Shown here piece after piece: positions 1 through 9,905 of a DNA stretch of 64,000 bases (position 1 is the stretch's first letter; each line of letters begins with the position of its first letter). The notes under the pieces are model-generated. The model did not search any database, had not been told where the DNA came from, and saw nothing but the letters and a program-made list of their open reading frames with translations. Source of the DNA: a bacterium (lineage in GTDB: Bacteria > Sumerlaeota > Sumerlaeia > SLMS01); contig WGMQ01000021.1 of NCBI GenBank assembly GCA_016125005.1, forward strand, positions 8,312 to 72,311. The letters run 5' to 3'. The translations under genes were made by a program, and so were the position numbers.

Positions 1-290
1 TTTCGGCTCCCGGTGTCGGTGATCCGGCACTCGGGGGGCAGATTGGGCATGTCGATGTTTTCGTAGTGGATGATCGCGTGGGCACGGGAAGCCGTGTCGT
101 CGTGGAGGGCGATGTCCTGCTCGTGGTCGCGTCCGATGCGCGTTTCCTTCTGGGTGAGCAGGTGCCACTCCATCATGTCGTCCTTGTCGAAGACGACGAG
201 GACGGGCTTTCCGCGGCGCGGCGCTTCCGCGTAGGGGGTCTCCCCAACCTTCTCATTTGAGACCGTATCGTTGGCGTTCATCAATCCTCC
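1..290 (-). CDS. FHA-domain protein, N-terminal part (C-terminus runs off the window edge)
   Basis: Reverse-strand ATG at 288-290 opens MNANDTVSNEKVGETPYAEAPRRGKPVLVVFDKDDMMEWHLLTQKETRIGRDHEQDIALHDDTASRAHAIIHYENID...; the GR-x-DI-x-L-x(n)-SRxHA pattern is the classic FHA signature. The frame stays open to position 1. Confidence 0.5.
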
Positions 291-421
291 TCGGCAGCCT
301 ACGACCGACTATTCACAGTGGGCTTATCCGAAGGGCGGTGCCCCGACAAGGAAAAGCGCCCCTCGTCGCGCGCGAATCCGGATTGCCTGCCAGTCCTCCC
401 CCGGGTCTTGGCCTGCCGGAC

Positions 422-1282
422 TCAGGGAGCAGCGAGCTCGCTCATCTCCGGTCCGACCTCGACCTCGCCGCGGAAACGCATGGTCGCCGGTCCGGAGAGC
501 GTGATGGCGCGGAAGCCATCGGGCTGGGCATCGAAGCCGACTCCGAGGGGAATTCCACCGGTCGGGACCACGACGTAGCGTTGCGGCCCCGTCGCGCCCG
601 CAAGCCATGCGTGGCAGCAGCAGGTGGCCACCGAGCCCGTTCCACACGCCTGGGTTTCCTCCTCGACACCGCGCTCGTAGGTGCGCACATGCAGGCGGTC
701 ACCCACCATTTGAGCGAAGTTCATGTTCGTGCCCGCAGGTGCAAAAGCCGGATCATGGCGCATTTCACGGCCGAGCTGCGCCACATCGACCAAATCCAGG
801 TCCTCCACGAAGACGACCGCGTGAGGAACACCCATCGGAAGGAAAAGAGCCTCCTCAACGGGACGAAGGGGACCGAGCGGGGTACGTCGTTCCGGCAGCC
901 AGGGCGCATCGGGAAAGTCAATGCGCGCGCCGCCGGGGATGATGGCGCCGGTATACGCCCCAGCCCCGGTCATGAAACGCATACTGGTTGGGGCCGCGCC
1001 GAGGTGATGGGCGAAGACCGCGATGCAGCGCGCGCCGTTGCCGCACATTCCGCCAACAGAGCCGTCCGCATTGAGGTAAAGCATCGTGAAGTGAAAGTCC
1101 GGTGAGGGCGGGTCCAGCACCATCAATACCCCATCGGCGCCGATTCCGTGGTGGCGGTTGCAGAGGAGTCGGGCGAGCGCTCCGGCCATGTCCTCCGGCA
1201 GGGGGACCTTTCCGCGCCAGTCAATCCCGACGAAATCGTTTCCCGCACCATCCAGCTTCACGAATGGAACTTTCATTGCCAA
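422..1282 (-). CDS. dapF: diaminopimelate epimerase
   Basis: 286-aa ORF; VKLDGAGNDF near the N-terminus, GNGARC and C-terminal ACGTGSVA motifs typical of DapF (two catalytic Cys). Confidence 0.9.
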   Translation of the reverse strand: MAMKVPFVKLDGAGNDFVGIDWRGKVPLPEDMAGALARLLCNRHHGIGADGVLMVLDPPSPDFHFTMLYLNADGSVGGMCGNGARCIAVFAHHLGAAPTSMRFMTGAGAYTGAIIPGGARIDFPDAPWLPERRTPLGPLRPVEEALFLPMGVPHAVVFVEDLDLVDVAQLGREMRHDPAFAPAGTNMNFAQMVGDRLHVRTYERGVEEETQACGTGSVATCCCHAWLAGATGPQRYVVVPTGGIPLGVGFDAQPDGFRAITLSGPATMRFRGEVEVGPEMSELAAP

Positions 1283-1366
1283 CTCCCGCGTGGTTCCGTG
1301 ACGCTCACGTCGCGCCCGGCCCAGATGTCACCCAAGCCGCGGCATGGTGAAAGGGGTTTTTCCTAC

Positions 1367-2377
1367 ATGATGCGTTCGATTGCGATGCTGTTCGCCATCC
1401 TTGTGATGGTAACGTCTCTGAGCGGTTGTATTATCCTCGCCCCCGGCGGGCTCTTGGGCGGTGCCTCCGATTACCGGGAGATCGAGCTCAAGGACGGATC
1501 CTACGGCAAGAAGATCCTCGTGCTGGATATCGACGGTGTCATCAACAGCGGCGCCAACCAGGCCCCGGGACTTTTCTCGGCCGGCGAGAGCACCGTGAAC
1601 GAGGTGGCGGAGAAGCTCGCCAAGGCGCGCCGCGACAAGTCCATCAAGGCCGTGGTCCTCCGCGTTGACAGCCCCGGGGGCGGCGTCACCGCCAGCGACG
1701 TCGTCTATCGCCTCATCAAGGAATACAAGGAAGAGACCAAGGTTCCCGTTTACGCATCGATGCTCGACATGGCCACCAGCGGCGGCTACTACGTTTCCAT
1801 GGCGGCCGATCGCGTCTATGCCCATCCCACGACCGTGACGGGCTCCATCGGCGTGATCGCCATTTTCCCGCAGTTCCAGGATTTGGGCCGCAAGATCGGC
1901 CTCTACGCAGAGGTCATCAAGTCCGGCGCCAACAAGGACCTGACCGGCGGCTTCGTGAACATGACTCCCGAGCAGCGCCAGATCCTCCAGAACATGATCG
2001 ATGAGATGTACCAGCGCTTCGTCACGGTGGTGAAGGAAGGGCGCCCGAACCTTGAGCGCGACGAGATCCTCAAGCTCGCGGACGGACGGATCTATACGGC
2101 CCAGCAAGCCGTCGACAACAAGCTGATCGACGGGGTGAAGTACACCGACGAGGTGATCGAGCAGGCGAAGCAGGACGTGGGCGCCCGCCGCGCACGCGTC
2201 GTCCTTTATCGGCGCAGCGGTCGTGAGACCGTCTCGAGCTTCTATGCCAAGTCCCCCGCAGTGGCTCCCGCCGCCCAGACAACCGAGACCAACAACAGCT
2301 TGGTCCACGTGGACGCGGGCCAAATGCACCTCCCCGGCGTTGGACAGCCGGTCTTCCAATACATGTGGACGCCGTAA
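1367..2377 (+). CDS. sppA: signal peptide peptidase SppA (S49 protease), membrane-anchored
   Basis: Start taken at the tandem ATGATG at 1367 (the tracked ORF from 1148 overlaps dapF). N-terminal TM segment, then KKILVLDIDGVI...VVLRVDSPGGGVTASD...GSIGVIA, the S49/ClpP-fold SppA signature. Confidence 0.85.
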   Translation: MMRSIAMLFAILVMVTSLSGCIILAPGGLLGGASDYREIELKDGSYGKKILVLDIDGVINSGANQAPGLFSAGESTVNEVAEKLAKARRDKSIKAVVLRVDSPGGGVTASDVVYRLIKEYKEETKVPVYASMLDMATSGGYYVSMAADRVYAHPTTVTGSIGVIAIFPQFQDLGRKIGLYAEVIKSGANKDLTGGFVNMTPEQRQILQNMIDEMYQRFVTVVKEGRPNLERDEILKLADGRIYTAQQAVDNKLIDGVKYTDEVIEQAKQDVGARRARVVLYRRSGRETVSSFYAKSPAVAPAAQTTETNNSLVHVDAGQMHLPGVGQPVFQYMWTP

Positions 2378-2461
2378 GTGACTCGCGATTGTCGTTTGCA
2401 GAACCGTCGGTTAACCGTCTCCAATAACGTCGGCCCCTAGGCCCAAAGGATTGATGCCAGT

Positions 2462-3433
2462 ATGATGACAAGAAAACTCACTTGGGGATTGGTACTGCTT
2501 GGCGGCTGTGCACTGCTCAGTGCCTGCGGACAGTCCCCGGTCGCATCCACGGACACTGCCGCACTCGTCACCAACCAATACGTCGTTCCCGACGGCGCGC
2601 CCGTCCCGATCAAGGTCATGTCGTGGAATCTGGAGCACTTCGTCGACCCGTTTGACGACCCCTACGTCAAGAATGAGAAGGAGGATACTCCCGAGGTGAA
2701 GCCAAGCGAGGTCCTCCAGAGCCTCGCCTACTCCATCAAGGAGATCAATCCGGACGTCATGATCCTTGAGGAGGTGGAGAGCGATCGCGCGGTGCGACTC
2801 TTCCTCGACAGCTTCCTTCCCGGCCACGACTACAAGTACTACGCAGGCGTGGAGGCGATGGACTGGTATCAGAACGTGGTGATCGTCAGCCGCCTGCCCA
2901 TCGGCCGCATCGTGTCCCTTCGCGAGCGGGAAATCACCAGCGCCACGCAGAATCGTACCCGCAACGACATCAACAACCGCCTGCTGGGCGCCGAGATCCT
3001 GGGTCCGGGACGGAGCCGCTTTTTCGTGGCGGGCCTCCATTTGAAGGCCGGTCGCCCTGATGCCGATGTAGAGTGGCGCAAGCTCCAGGCGGGCATCGTA
3101 CAGGAAATGCTGGCCCACGAGAGCGCTGCCGAGCCGGGACTCCCGATCCTTGTTGCCGGAGACATGAACATGCTGCCGAAGTCGGAGGAATACGTCGCGC
3201 TGACTGAAGGCGGGTCGATCAAGCTCCAGTCCCCGTTTGAGAAGTGGGGCTTCCCCTTCACCCATACCGCTGACGCGCCCGAGCGGACCTTCGACTACAT
3301 CTTCCACAACAGCGCCATGGAGGCCTTCTACGCCGCTGAGAGCGCTTCTGTTCCTACCCCCCTCTCGCCGCAGGACATGCGCAAGATCAGCGATCACCTC
3401 CCCGTTGTGGCGACCTATAACATTCCCCAGTAG
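2462..3433 (+). CDS. endonuclease/exonuclease/phosphatase (EEP) family lipoprotein
   Basis: Signal peptide with lipobox (LLSAC-G); EEP-like WNLEHF...ILEEV...VAGDMNM...SDHLPV motifs. Predicted secreted or outer-surface nuclease/phosphatase. Confidence 0.7.
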   Translation: MMTRKLTWGLVLLGGCALLSACGQSPVASTDTAALVTNQYVVPDGAPVPIKVMSWNLEHFVDPFDDPYVKNEKEDTPEVKPSEVLQSLAYSIKEINPDVMILEEVESDRAVRLFLDSFLPGHDYKYYAGVEAMDWYQNVVIVSRLPIGRIVSLREREITSATQNRTRNDINNRLLGAEILGPGRSRFFVAGLHLKAGRPDADVEWRKLQAGIVQEMLAHESAAEPGLPILVAGDMNMLPKSEEYVALTEGGSIKLQSPFEKWGFPFTHTADAPERTFDYIFHNSAMEAFYAAESASVPTPLSPQDMRKISDHLPVVATYNIPQ

Positions 3434-3521
3434 CCCACCGGCATCAACTCTGCTTCATGTTGGGGGCGGGCAGGAATAACTGCCCGCCCTTTCCATTTCA
3501 GCCCAAGAAGGGTCAGGCTCC

Positions 3522-4136
3522 ATGTCCATGCGCATCACCCGCGTCTATACACGATCCGGCGACGACGGCCACACGGGCCTTGTCGGGGGTCAACGCGTTC
3601 CCAAGACCAACCCGCGGATTCAGGCCTACGGAACCACGGACGAACTGGCTTCCTTCATCGGCTGGGCACGGCAGGAACTGGCCGCAGAGCGCGATCTGCT
3701 CAAGGTTCCCGCGGATGCGGAACTGATCGACAAGTTGCTCGAGTACCTCGGCAACAAGCTCTTCACGCTGGGGGGGGACCTTGCCACCCGCATCGAGGAT
3801 CGCCACCCCATGATGCCCGTCATCGTCGATGAGGATATCGCCTGGCTGGAACAAGTGTGTGATCGCTACAACGAGCCGCTGCCGCCGCTGAAGGACTTTA
3901 TCCTCCCCGGTGGATCGCGCACCGCAGCGGCGCTTCACGTGGCCCGGACCATCGCCCGCCGGGCCGAACGCGAAGTCCTTCACCTGCAAGCGGTCGAGGA
4001 CACGGCAGGACTCCCGGGGCGCTATCTCAACCGGCTTTCCGATGCGCTTTTCGTGGTCGCCCGTTGGGTGAATCATCGGATGGGGATCGCAGAGGTGATC
4101 TGGCGCCGGGACTTGGCCGTCCCTCCCCTTCCCTGA
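3522..4136 (+). CDS. cob(I)yrinic acid a,c-diamide adenosyltransferase, PduO type
   Basis: N-terminal ITRVYTRSGDDGHTGL motif (TRxGDxGxT) followed by the helical PduO-type ATR bundle. Confidence 0.85.
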   Translation: MSMRITRVYTRSGDDGHTGLVGGQRVPKTNPRIQAYGTTDELASFIGWARQELAAERDLLKVPADAELIDKLLEYLGNKLFTLGGDLATRIEDRHPMMPVIVDEDIAWLEQVCDRYNEPLPPLKDFILPGGSRTAAALHVARTIARRAEREVLHLQAVEDTAGLPGRYLNRLSDALFVVARWVNHRMGIAEVIWRRDLAVPPLP

Positions 4137-4137
4137 C

Positions 4138-4156
4138 ATGCGCAATTCCTGCGCAT
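4138..4156. promoter_or_regulatory. perfect 7-5-7 palindrome ATGCGCA-attcc-TGCGCAT just after the PduO stop and upstream of the secretion operon
   Basis: Read directly from the sequence. No T-run follows, so it looks more like an operator or binding site than an intrinsic terminator. Confidence 0.35.
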
Positions 4157-4212
4157 ACCAACACCCTCCGTTTGCGCAGCCTCTTCCAGGCTCACCTCGA
4201 GAATCCGGGCTT

Positions 4213-4240
4213 TTGAGCAGTTTCGCGACTGTCATACAAT
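4213..4240 (+). promoter_or_regulatory. candidate sigma-70-like promoter of the secretion operon (-35 TTGAGC, 16-nt spacer, -10 TACAAT)
   Basis: TTGAGC at 4213-4218 and TACAAT at 4235-4240, about 70 nt upstream of the EF-hand gene ATG with its GGAGA Shine-Dalgarno. Confidence 0.3.
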
Positions 4241-4310
4241 CTGCTTAACCAGAAGGGTGAAATGCCGCAGCTCTTCAGGCGGTAAACTTCATCACTCGGA
4301 GAAAGCAGTC

Positions 4311-4970
4311 ATGAGGACATCGTGGACAATTCGGGCATGGGTTCTGGCTGTGGCCACCTCCCTAATCATCATCCCCGCCGTGGGTACCTGCCAGGACGAG
4401 GCGCCCGCAGAGGGCGGACGTCGCGGTCGTGGTAACTTCGATCCCGCTCAGATGTTTGCGCGCATGGACGCCAACGGCGACGGCACCATCGAGAAGTCCG
4501 AATTCCGCGGGCCGGAAGATCGCTTCGGCGATCTCGACAAGGACAAGGACGGCAAGGTCACCAAGGCTGAGTTCGACGAGGCGCGCGCCAGTTGGGGCAA
4601 CCGTCGCGAAGGCGGACGCGGTCCCGGTGGACCCGGTGGTTTTGGTGGATTGAATGCCGAGGCCATCATCGAGAAGCTTGGTCTCAGCACCGAGGAATCC
4701 GCGGTGCTCAAGCCCCGCATCGAGAAGCTGGTAACCATGGTCAACAGCGCGCGTCCCGGCCGCAATAACCAGATGCCCGAGATGGAGGCGCTCCGCACCA
4801 CCGTTGAGTCGGCGGACTCCACTCCCGAGCAGATCAGCAAGGCCGTCGCCGACCTGCGCAAGGCTCGCGAAGCACGCGCTGCTGAGCTGAAGACCGCCCG
4901 CGAGGAACTGCGCGAACTCCTCACCCCGAAGCAGGAAGCCATCCTCATCGTCGACGGCCTCCTCGACTAA
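4311..4970 (+). CDS. secreted EF-hand calcium-binding protein, first gene of the secretion operon
   Basis: Signal peptide; two canonical EF-hand loops DANGDGTIEKSEF and DKDKDGKVTKAEF. ATG at 4311 has a GGAGAAAG Shine-Dalgarno. Stops 9 nt before gspE. Confidence 0.65.
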   Translation: MRTSWTIRAWVLAVATSLIIIPAVGTCQDEAPAEGGRRGRGNFDPAQMFARMDANGDGTIEKSEFRGPEDRFGDLDKDKDGKVTKAEFDEARASWGNRREGGRGPGGPGGFGGLNAEAIIEKLGLSTEESAVLKPRIEKLVTMVNSARPGRNNQMPEMEALRTTVESADSTPEQISKAVADLRKAREARAAELKTAREELRELLTPKQEAILIVDGLLD

Positions 4971-4979
4971 CGGACAATC

Positions 4980-6692
4980 ATGACAAACGCGACCCAGCCA
5001 GCCAGCACCCCCAAGCTCGAAGAGCAGCCTATCCTCCAGCGCATGGTTGCCGCCCGCCAGATTCCCTCCGGCGACGCGGCCCAGTTCCTTGCCGCCTTTC
5101 GCGGTGAGGTGGCCACGGAGGAGGAGGTGCTGGCCTGGCTGGCCGCCGAGTACGATTGTCTATACAACGACCTGGAGGGCGCGGCGCCTGAGCGCGAGAC
5201 GCTCGCCCTCTTTCCTCCCCGCCTCCTGCTGAAGGAAGGCATTCTTCCCCTGCGCCGCGACGGCGAAGTGATCGAGGCCGCCACCAGTCGCCTTTTTGCG
5301 CCCGAGGCCTTCGACAGCCTTCGTGTCGTCACCGGCCTCACCATTCGCCCTGTCCTCTCCCCCACCGTCGCGATTCAGCGCGAGACGAAGAAGTGGCTGG
5401 GTGTCGGCGCCGATACCATCGGCACCATCGAGGAGGAAGAGGGTCTTCAGGTTGTCTCCGACGAGGGCGCCGAGGACGGCGACCTGGACGATGCCGCCGA
5501 GGATGCCTCTATCATCCGCTTCGTCAACCAGGTGCTGACCGACGCGGTAAACCTGCGTGCGTCCGACATCCATCTGGAACCGTTCGAGGACGAGCTGCGC
5601 CTACGCTATCGTATAGACGGCCTGCTTCAGGAAATTCCAGTCCCCGCCAGCCTCAAGCGATTCCAGCCCGCCATCGTTTCCCGCATCAAGATCCTCAGCC
5701 AGTTGGACATTGCCGAGAAGCGCCTCCCGCAGGACGGACGCATCAAGATCCGCCTGGAGCAGAAGGAAATCGACGTCCGCGTTTCGCTGATTCCCATGCT
5801 CTACGGCGAAGGCGTCGTCATGCGCCTCCTGCGCCAGGACCGTTCCATCGCGGGCCTCGGTGAAATGGGCATGGCACCGCGCGACGTGAGCGTCTTCCGC
5901 CAATTGCTCGATGTGCCCCACGGCATCGTGCTCGTCACCGGCCCGACCGGCAGCGGCAAGTCCACCACGCTCTATTCCGCCCTCAGCGAGATCAACGATC
6001 AGGTCCGCAAGATCATCACCATCGAGGACCCGGTCGAGTATCACATCAAGGGCGTGAACCAGATTCAGGTGAACGAGAAGACGGGCCTTACCTTCGCCCG
6101 CGGCCTCCGCTCGATCCTGCGTCACGATCCCGACGTGGTGCTGATCGGCGAAATCCGCGACAACGAGACGGCCCGCATCGCCGTGCAGGCGTCCCTCACG
6201 GGTCACTTGGTCTTTTCGACGCTGCATACCAACGACGCCCCCGGCGCCCCGACCCGCCTGATCGACATGGGGATCGAACCCTATCTCGTCGCCTCCTCCC
6301 TTGAAGGCATCATGGCCCAGCGCCTCGTCCGTGTCCTGTGTCGTTCTTGTCGCCGCGAGGACACCACTTCCGCAAGCCGTCTATACGCCCGCCAGATGGG
6401 CATTGCCGACAGTGCACGTCTATACGTACCCGAGGGCTGCGAGAAGTGCCGCCGCACCGGCTACGATGGACGACGTGGCATCTTTGAACTCATGCGCCTC
6501 GACGATTCGCTGCGCGAGATGATCCTCCATTCCCGTTCCTCCGTCGCGCTGCGTGATGCGGCGCGCCTGGCGGGAATGCGGACCCTTGCCGAAGACGGCA
6601 CACGCCTTGTGGGCGAAGGGGTCACATCCTTCGACGAAGTGCTTCGCGTGAGTCGCGTTGAGGGCAACGCGGCTAAGAACGAGGCTGGCTGA
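4980..6692 (+). CDS. gspE: type II secretion / type IV pilus assembly ATPase
   Basis: Walker A GPTGSGKST, Asp box, His box and a C-terminal tetracysteine (CRSC...CEKC) zinc motif; GspE/PilB family. Confidence 0.9.
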   Translation: MTNATQPASTPKLEEQPILQRMVAARQIPSGDAAQFLAAFRGEVATEEEVLAWLAAEYDCLYNDLEGAAPERETLALFPPRLLLKEGILPLRRDGEVIEAATSRLFAPEAFDSLRVVTGLTIRPVLSPTVAIQRETKKWLGVGADTIGTIEEEEGLQVVSDEGAEDGDLDDAAEDASIIRFVNQVLTDAVNLRASDIHLEPFEDELRLRYRIDGLLQEIPVPASLKRFQPAIVSRIKILSQLDIAEKRLPQDGRIKIRLEQKEIDVRVSLIPMLYGEGVVMRLLRQDRSIAGLGEMGMAPRDVSVFRQLLDVPHGIVLVTGPTGSGKSTTLYSALSEINDQVRKIITIEDPVEYHIKGVNQIQVNEKTGLTFARGLRSILRHDPDVVLIGEIRDNETARIAVQASLTGHLVFSTLHTNDAPGAPTRLIDMGIEPYLVASSLEGIMAQRLVRVLCRSCRREDTTSASRLYARQMGIADSARLYVPEGCEKCRRTGYDGRRGIFELMRLDDSLREMILHSRSSVALRDAARLAGMRTLAEDGTRLVGEGVTSFDEVLRVSRVEGNAAKNEAG

Positions 6693-7912
6693 TGGGCATG
6701 TACTCGTACAGGGCTGTCGGCCCCGCGGGGATGACCGAGGGCCAGATCGAAGCGGGAGGCCGCCAGGAGGCGCTTCGGCTCCTCGAAGGACGCGGCCTGC
6801 GTCCCATCCGTGTCGACGACAGCGTGGCACGCCCTGCGCAGGCGAGCGGCAGTGGTTGGAACCTGCTTCCCAGCCAGGTCACCGCCCGCGACCTCGAACG
6901 TTTCACACGCCAGCTTTCCAGCCTTCTCGCCGCGGGCGTTCCCCTGAGCCGCTGTCTTTCGATTTTGGGTCGCGACGGTTCCCGTCCCGCGGCCGTTGCC
7001 GCATGGCGCCAGCTCCGTGACATGGTGGTCGATGGCGTGGCGCTCGCCGATGCGATGGCGCGGCAGCCGACGGTCTTCCCGCGTGTCTATACAGCCATGG
7101 TTCGGGCCGGCGAGGCGGGTGGATTCCTCCCGCTCGTGCTCGGCCAGGTGGCTGATTTCCAGGCGCGCGACAAGGAACTGCGCTCGCGCCTTGTCTCCGC
7201 CATGACCTACCCGGCGGTCCTGCTGCTGCTCACCATCGCCGTGCTGATCTTCCTCATGACCTTCTTCATCCCGCGCTTTCAGGTCATGTTCGAGGGTCTC
7301 GGCGCGCCGCTCCCCGCGTTGACAAACGTCATCATCGCGGCGAGCGAGATCGTCCGCTCCTACGGCTTCATCGTGACCGGCGTACTCATCGTCGGCGTGG
7401 TTGCGGCACGGCAGTGGCTCGCGTCCGACGAAGGTCGCCGCGCCTGGCAATCACTTGTCCTCAAGATGCCGGTCTACGGCCCGCTTGCCGGTCGCCTGGC
7501 CGCCACGCGCTTCTGCCGCATGCTCGGCACGCTGACCAAGTCCGGTGTCGAGCTCATCGCCGCCCTGCAAATCGCCCGCGAATCGCTCGGCAATCAGATC
7601 CTCGCGGATGCCCTCACCACCGCCATCGAGCGCGTCCGCAAGGGCGAGTCACTGGCCAAGGGCCTCGCACTCTGCCCTGACCTTTTTCCCCCGACCATCA
7701 TCGAAATGATCGCCGTGGCGGAGGAGTCGGGCAATCTGGACACCGAATTGGTGCGCCTCGCCGAGGAATCGGAGAAGGAACTCGACGCACAACTTCGCCT
7801 CGCGGTCGCGCTCGCAGAACCGGCGCTTCTCTTCATCATGGCCTCGTTCATCGGGACGATCTTTGTCGGCATGGTCCTGCCGATTTTCACCATCCAAGAC
7901 TACATCAAGTAA
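6692..7912 (+). CDS. gspF: type II secretion inner-membrane platform protein
   Basis: 406 aa, duplicated GspF/PilC domain, three TM segments; the ATG overlaps the gspE TGA (TGATG). Confidence 0.9.
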   Translation: MGMYSYRAVGPAGMTEGQIEAGGRQEALRLLEGRGLRPIRVDDSVARPAQASGSGWNLLPSQVTARDLERFTRQLSSLLAAGVPLSRCLSILGRDGSRPAAVAAWRQLRDMVVDGVALADAMARQPTVFPRVYTAMVRAGEAGGFLPLVLGQVADFQARDKELRSRLVSAMTYPAVLLLLTIAVLIFLMTFFIPRFQVMFEGLGAPLPALTNVIIAASEIVRSYGFIVTGVLIVGVVAARQWLASDEGRRAWQSLVLKMPVYGPLAGRLAATRFCRMLGTLTKSGVELIAALQIARESLGNQILADALTTAIERVRKGESLAKGLALCPDLFPPTIIEMIAVAEESGNLDTELVRLAEESEKELDAQLRLAVALAEPALLFIMASFIGTIFVGMVLPIFTIQDYIK

Positions 7913-7934
7913 CCAAACAAAAGGAGCCTCACAC

Positions 7935-8360
7935 ATGATCCGCCAAGGAAGAAACTCACGCCGCCGCGGCTTCTCGCTCGTCGAGATGCTGCTGGTGCTC
8001 GTCATCCTCGCCACGCTGGCCGCCATCGTAATCCCGCGCTTCGCGGGCCGCAGCGAGCAGGCCAAGGTCACCGCCGCGGAGACGCAAATCACCAGCATCT
8101 CCACTGCCCTCGATTCCTTCGAGGTCGACAACGGGTTCTACCCGCCCTCCGGCGAGGGTCTCACCCAGCTGACCACGAAGCCCGACAGTGCGACCAACTG
8201 GCGGGGGCCGTACCTCAAGCAGGGCGTTCCCAACGATCCGTGGGGTGCCGCCTACGTCTACGAGTTCCCCGGCAAGAACAACGAGCAGGGGTATGACCTT
8301 TCGTCCCTGGGTCCCGACGGTCGCGCCGGCACCGACGACGACATCAAGAACTGGAAGTAA
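7935..8360 (+). CDS. gspG: major pseudopilin (prepilin-type N-terminal cleavage/methylation domain)
   Basis: AAGGAG Shine-Dalgarno 9 nt upstream; leader MIRQGRNSRRRG then FSLVEMLLVLVILATLAAIV with Glu at +5; C-terminal GspG-like core (NDPWG...Y). Confidence 0.85.
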   Translation: MIRQGRNSRRRGFSLVEMLLVLVILATLAAIVIPRFAGRSEQAKVTAAETQITSISTALDSFEVDNGFYPPSGEGLTQLTTKPDSATNWRGPYLKQGVPNDPWGAAYVYEFPGKNNEQGYDLSSLGPDGRAGTDDDIKNWK

Positions 8361-8369
8361 CCGACGGCC

Positions 8370-8873
8370 ATGACCTCGCTCCGCCAACAACGCTCGCGAT
8401 CGGGAGGCTTCACACTGCTGGAGCTGATGGTCGTGCTTGCGCTGCTGGCGCTGGCGGGGGCGCTGGTCGCACCCAACCTGAAGGGTCTCGCCCAGGGCCG
8501 CGGTCCCGAGGAGGAGTCCAGACGCCTCCTCGCTGCTCTGACCCACGCGCGGGACCTGGCGCGGAACAAGGGCGACCGCATCGTTTTCTGGGTGGCCGCC
8601 GACGGGAAAAGCTACGGTCTCCGCGAGACCCGTTCGGGTCGCGATGCATTTGTCTATACAGTTGGCGAGCGCCTTCGCGTGCAGGCCTTCGACGCAGAAT
8701 CGAAGGCAGTGGAGCAGCAGGAGGCGGACGCTTCCTTCTGGCCCGACGGCCTACCCGATGACGCGGCGACACCTCGGTTTCAGTTGCTGGAAAATGAGAC
8801 GGAAGTCGCCAACCTGACGCTCGACACCAACACACGCCGATACGTCCTGACGGTGGCCGCCAATGCGCCCTGA
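8370..8873 (+). CDS. minor pseudopilin, GspH-like
   Basis: Prepilin leader ...SGG|FTLLELMVVLALLAL with Glu+5; size and position after gspG fit GspH. Confidence 0.6.
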   Translation: MTSLRQQRSRSGGFTLLELMVVLALLALAGALVAPNLKGLAQGRGPEEESRRLLAALTHARDLARNKGDRIVFWVAADGKSYGLRETRSGRDAFVYTVGERLRVQAFDAESKAVEQQEADASFWPDGLPDDAATPRFQLLENETEVANLTLDTNTRRYVLTVAANAP

Positions 8874-9237
8874 TCGCGGACAGAACGCCATGACCTTCGC
8901 CGAGTTGCTCGCCGCCATGACCATCATCGCCATCGTGATGCCCGTCATGGTCGGCGCGGTCCTGTTTGCGAACCGGACCGCGGTGATGGGCTCGCGCCGT
9001 GCGGAGGCGGCGTGGCAGGCTGATCAACTCATGCAGGAGGCCATCGCCACGGGAACTTGGCAGGACGGCGACGAGGAAGGTGAACTCAGCAACGGCATGA
9101 CCTGGCGTCGGGAGACCGATGACTGGGATGTGGAGGCACTCTCCACCGTGACCGTGTCCGTCGACTATACGGTGCAGGGAACTGTCTATACAGAGTCCGT
9201 CGTGCGTGCTGTCCGGGTGCCGGAGGCAGAAGAATGA
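8863..9237 (+). CDS. minor pseudopilin, GspI-like
   Basis: Short leader MRPDRGQNA then MTFAELLAAMTIIAIV with Glu+5; the alternative start at 8890 is in the same frame. Overlaps the GspH-like gene by 11 nt. Confidence 0.55.
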   Translation: MRPDRGQNAMTFAELLAAMTIIAIVMPVMVGAVLFANRTAVMGSRRAEAAWQADQLMQEAIATGTWQDGDEEGELSNGMTWRRETDDWDVEALSTVTVSVDYTVQGTVYTESVVRAVRVPEAEE

Positions 9238-9905
9238 ACCGCCGCCGCGCCTTCACCTTGATTGAAGTCCTGATCTCGCTGGCGATTGCCGGTGTGTTGC
9301 TGGCTGCGGTCATCTCGGCCTTGATCGGTTCTATTCGCCTGCGCCGCACCGCCGAACGTCTGGAAACGGAATCAGAGCCCCTTGCCTGGTTCCGCTCCAC
9401 CGTCCGACGCGACTTCGCCAACGCCGTCGTTCCGTCCGGCATCCTTGCTGGCTCCTTCATCGTCACCTCGTCGGGTGAGGAGGAATCCTCCCGCGATCAC
9501 ATTTGGTTCTATACCACTGCGGGCGTCGTGACCGACGCGGCACCGTGGGGCGATGTGCGCAAGGTAGAGTATTTCCTCGATGAGGAGTCTCCTGCCGAGG
9601 GGGAGGAGGAGGCTTATCCTCTCATCCGCCGCGAGACGTTCAATCTCCTCTCCACCGTTGCCGACGAGACGACCTGGCGCGACACGGTGCTGGAGGCGAA
9701 GGCCACCGGCTTTTCCATCGAATGCAGTGACGGCGAGGAGTGGACTGAGTCCTGGGATTCCACTGTCGTGGAAAACGAGAATCCCACGGCAGTGCGCCTC
9801 ACTGTCTATACAGCAAGTGCTGAGCCGCGCGTCGTCGTGCAGGAGATCGTCACACAGCCCCGCCCCGTGGCCGCTGTGGCCGCTGCAGGTGGAGGCACGC
9901 CATGA
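9234..9905 (+). CDS. minor pseudopilin, GspJ-like
   Basis: Leader MNRRRA then FTLIEVLISLAIAGVLLA with Glu+5; 223 aa. Confidence 0.55.
   Translation: MNRRRAFTLIEVLISLAIAGVLLAAVISALIGSIRLRRTAERLETESEPLAWFRSTVRRDFANAVVPSGILAGSFIVTSSGEEESSRDHIWFYTTAGVVTDAAPWGDVRKVEYFLDEESPAEGEEEAYPLIRRETFNLLSTVADETTWRDTVLEAKATGFSIECSDGEEWTESWDSTVVENENPTAVRLTVYTASAEPRVVVQEIVTQPRPVAAVAAAGGGTP

Noticed and set aside
1328-2359. 343-aa antisense ORF inside sppA. Similar long antisense or overlapping ORFs occur at 2411-3397, 6461-7450, 10217-11263, 14019-15245, 16703-17980, 22500-23717, 46182-47543, 48997-51216, 50633-52240, 61182-62174 and 61914-63284.
   Set aside because: High GC suppresses stop codons, producing long shadow ORFs. 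Each overlaps a gene with strong family signatures on the other strand or frame, and their translations are Arg/Ala/Gly-rich low-complexity sequences without motifs.
4138-4156. ATGCGCA-N5-TGCGCAT palindrome as an intrinsic terminator of the PduO gene
   Set aside because: The hairpin is short and AT-poor with no following U-tract. It is kept instead as a possible operator upstream of the secretion operon promoter, at low confidence.
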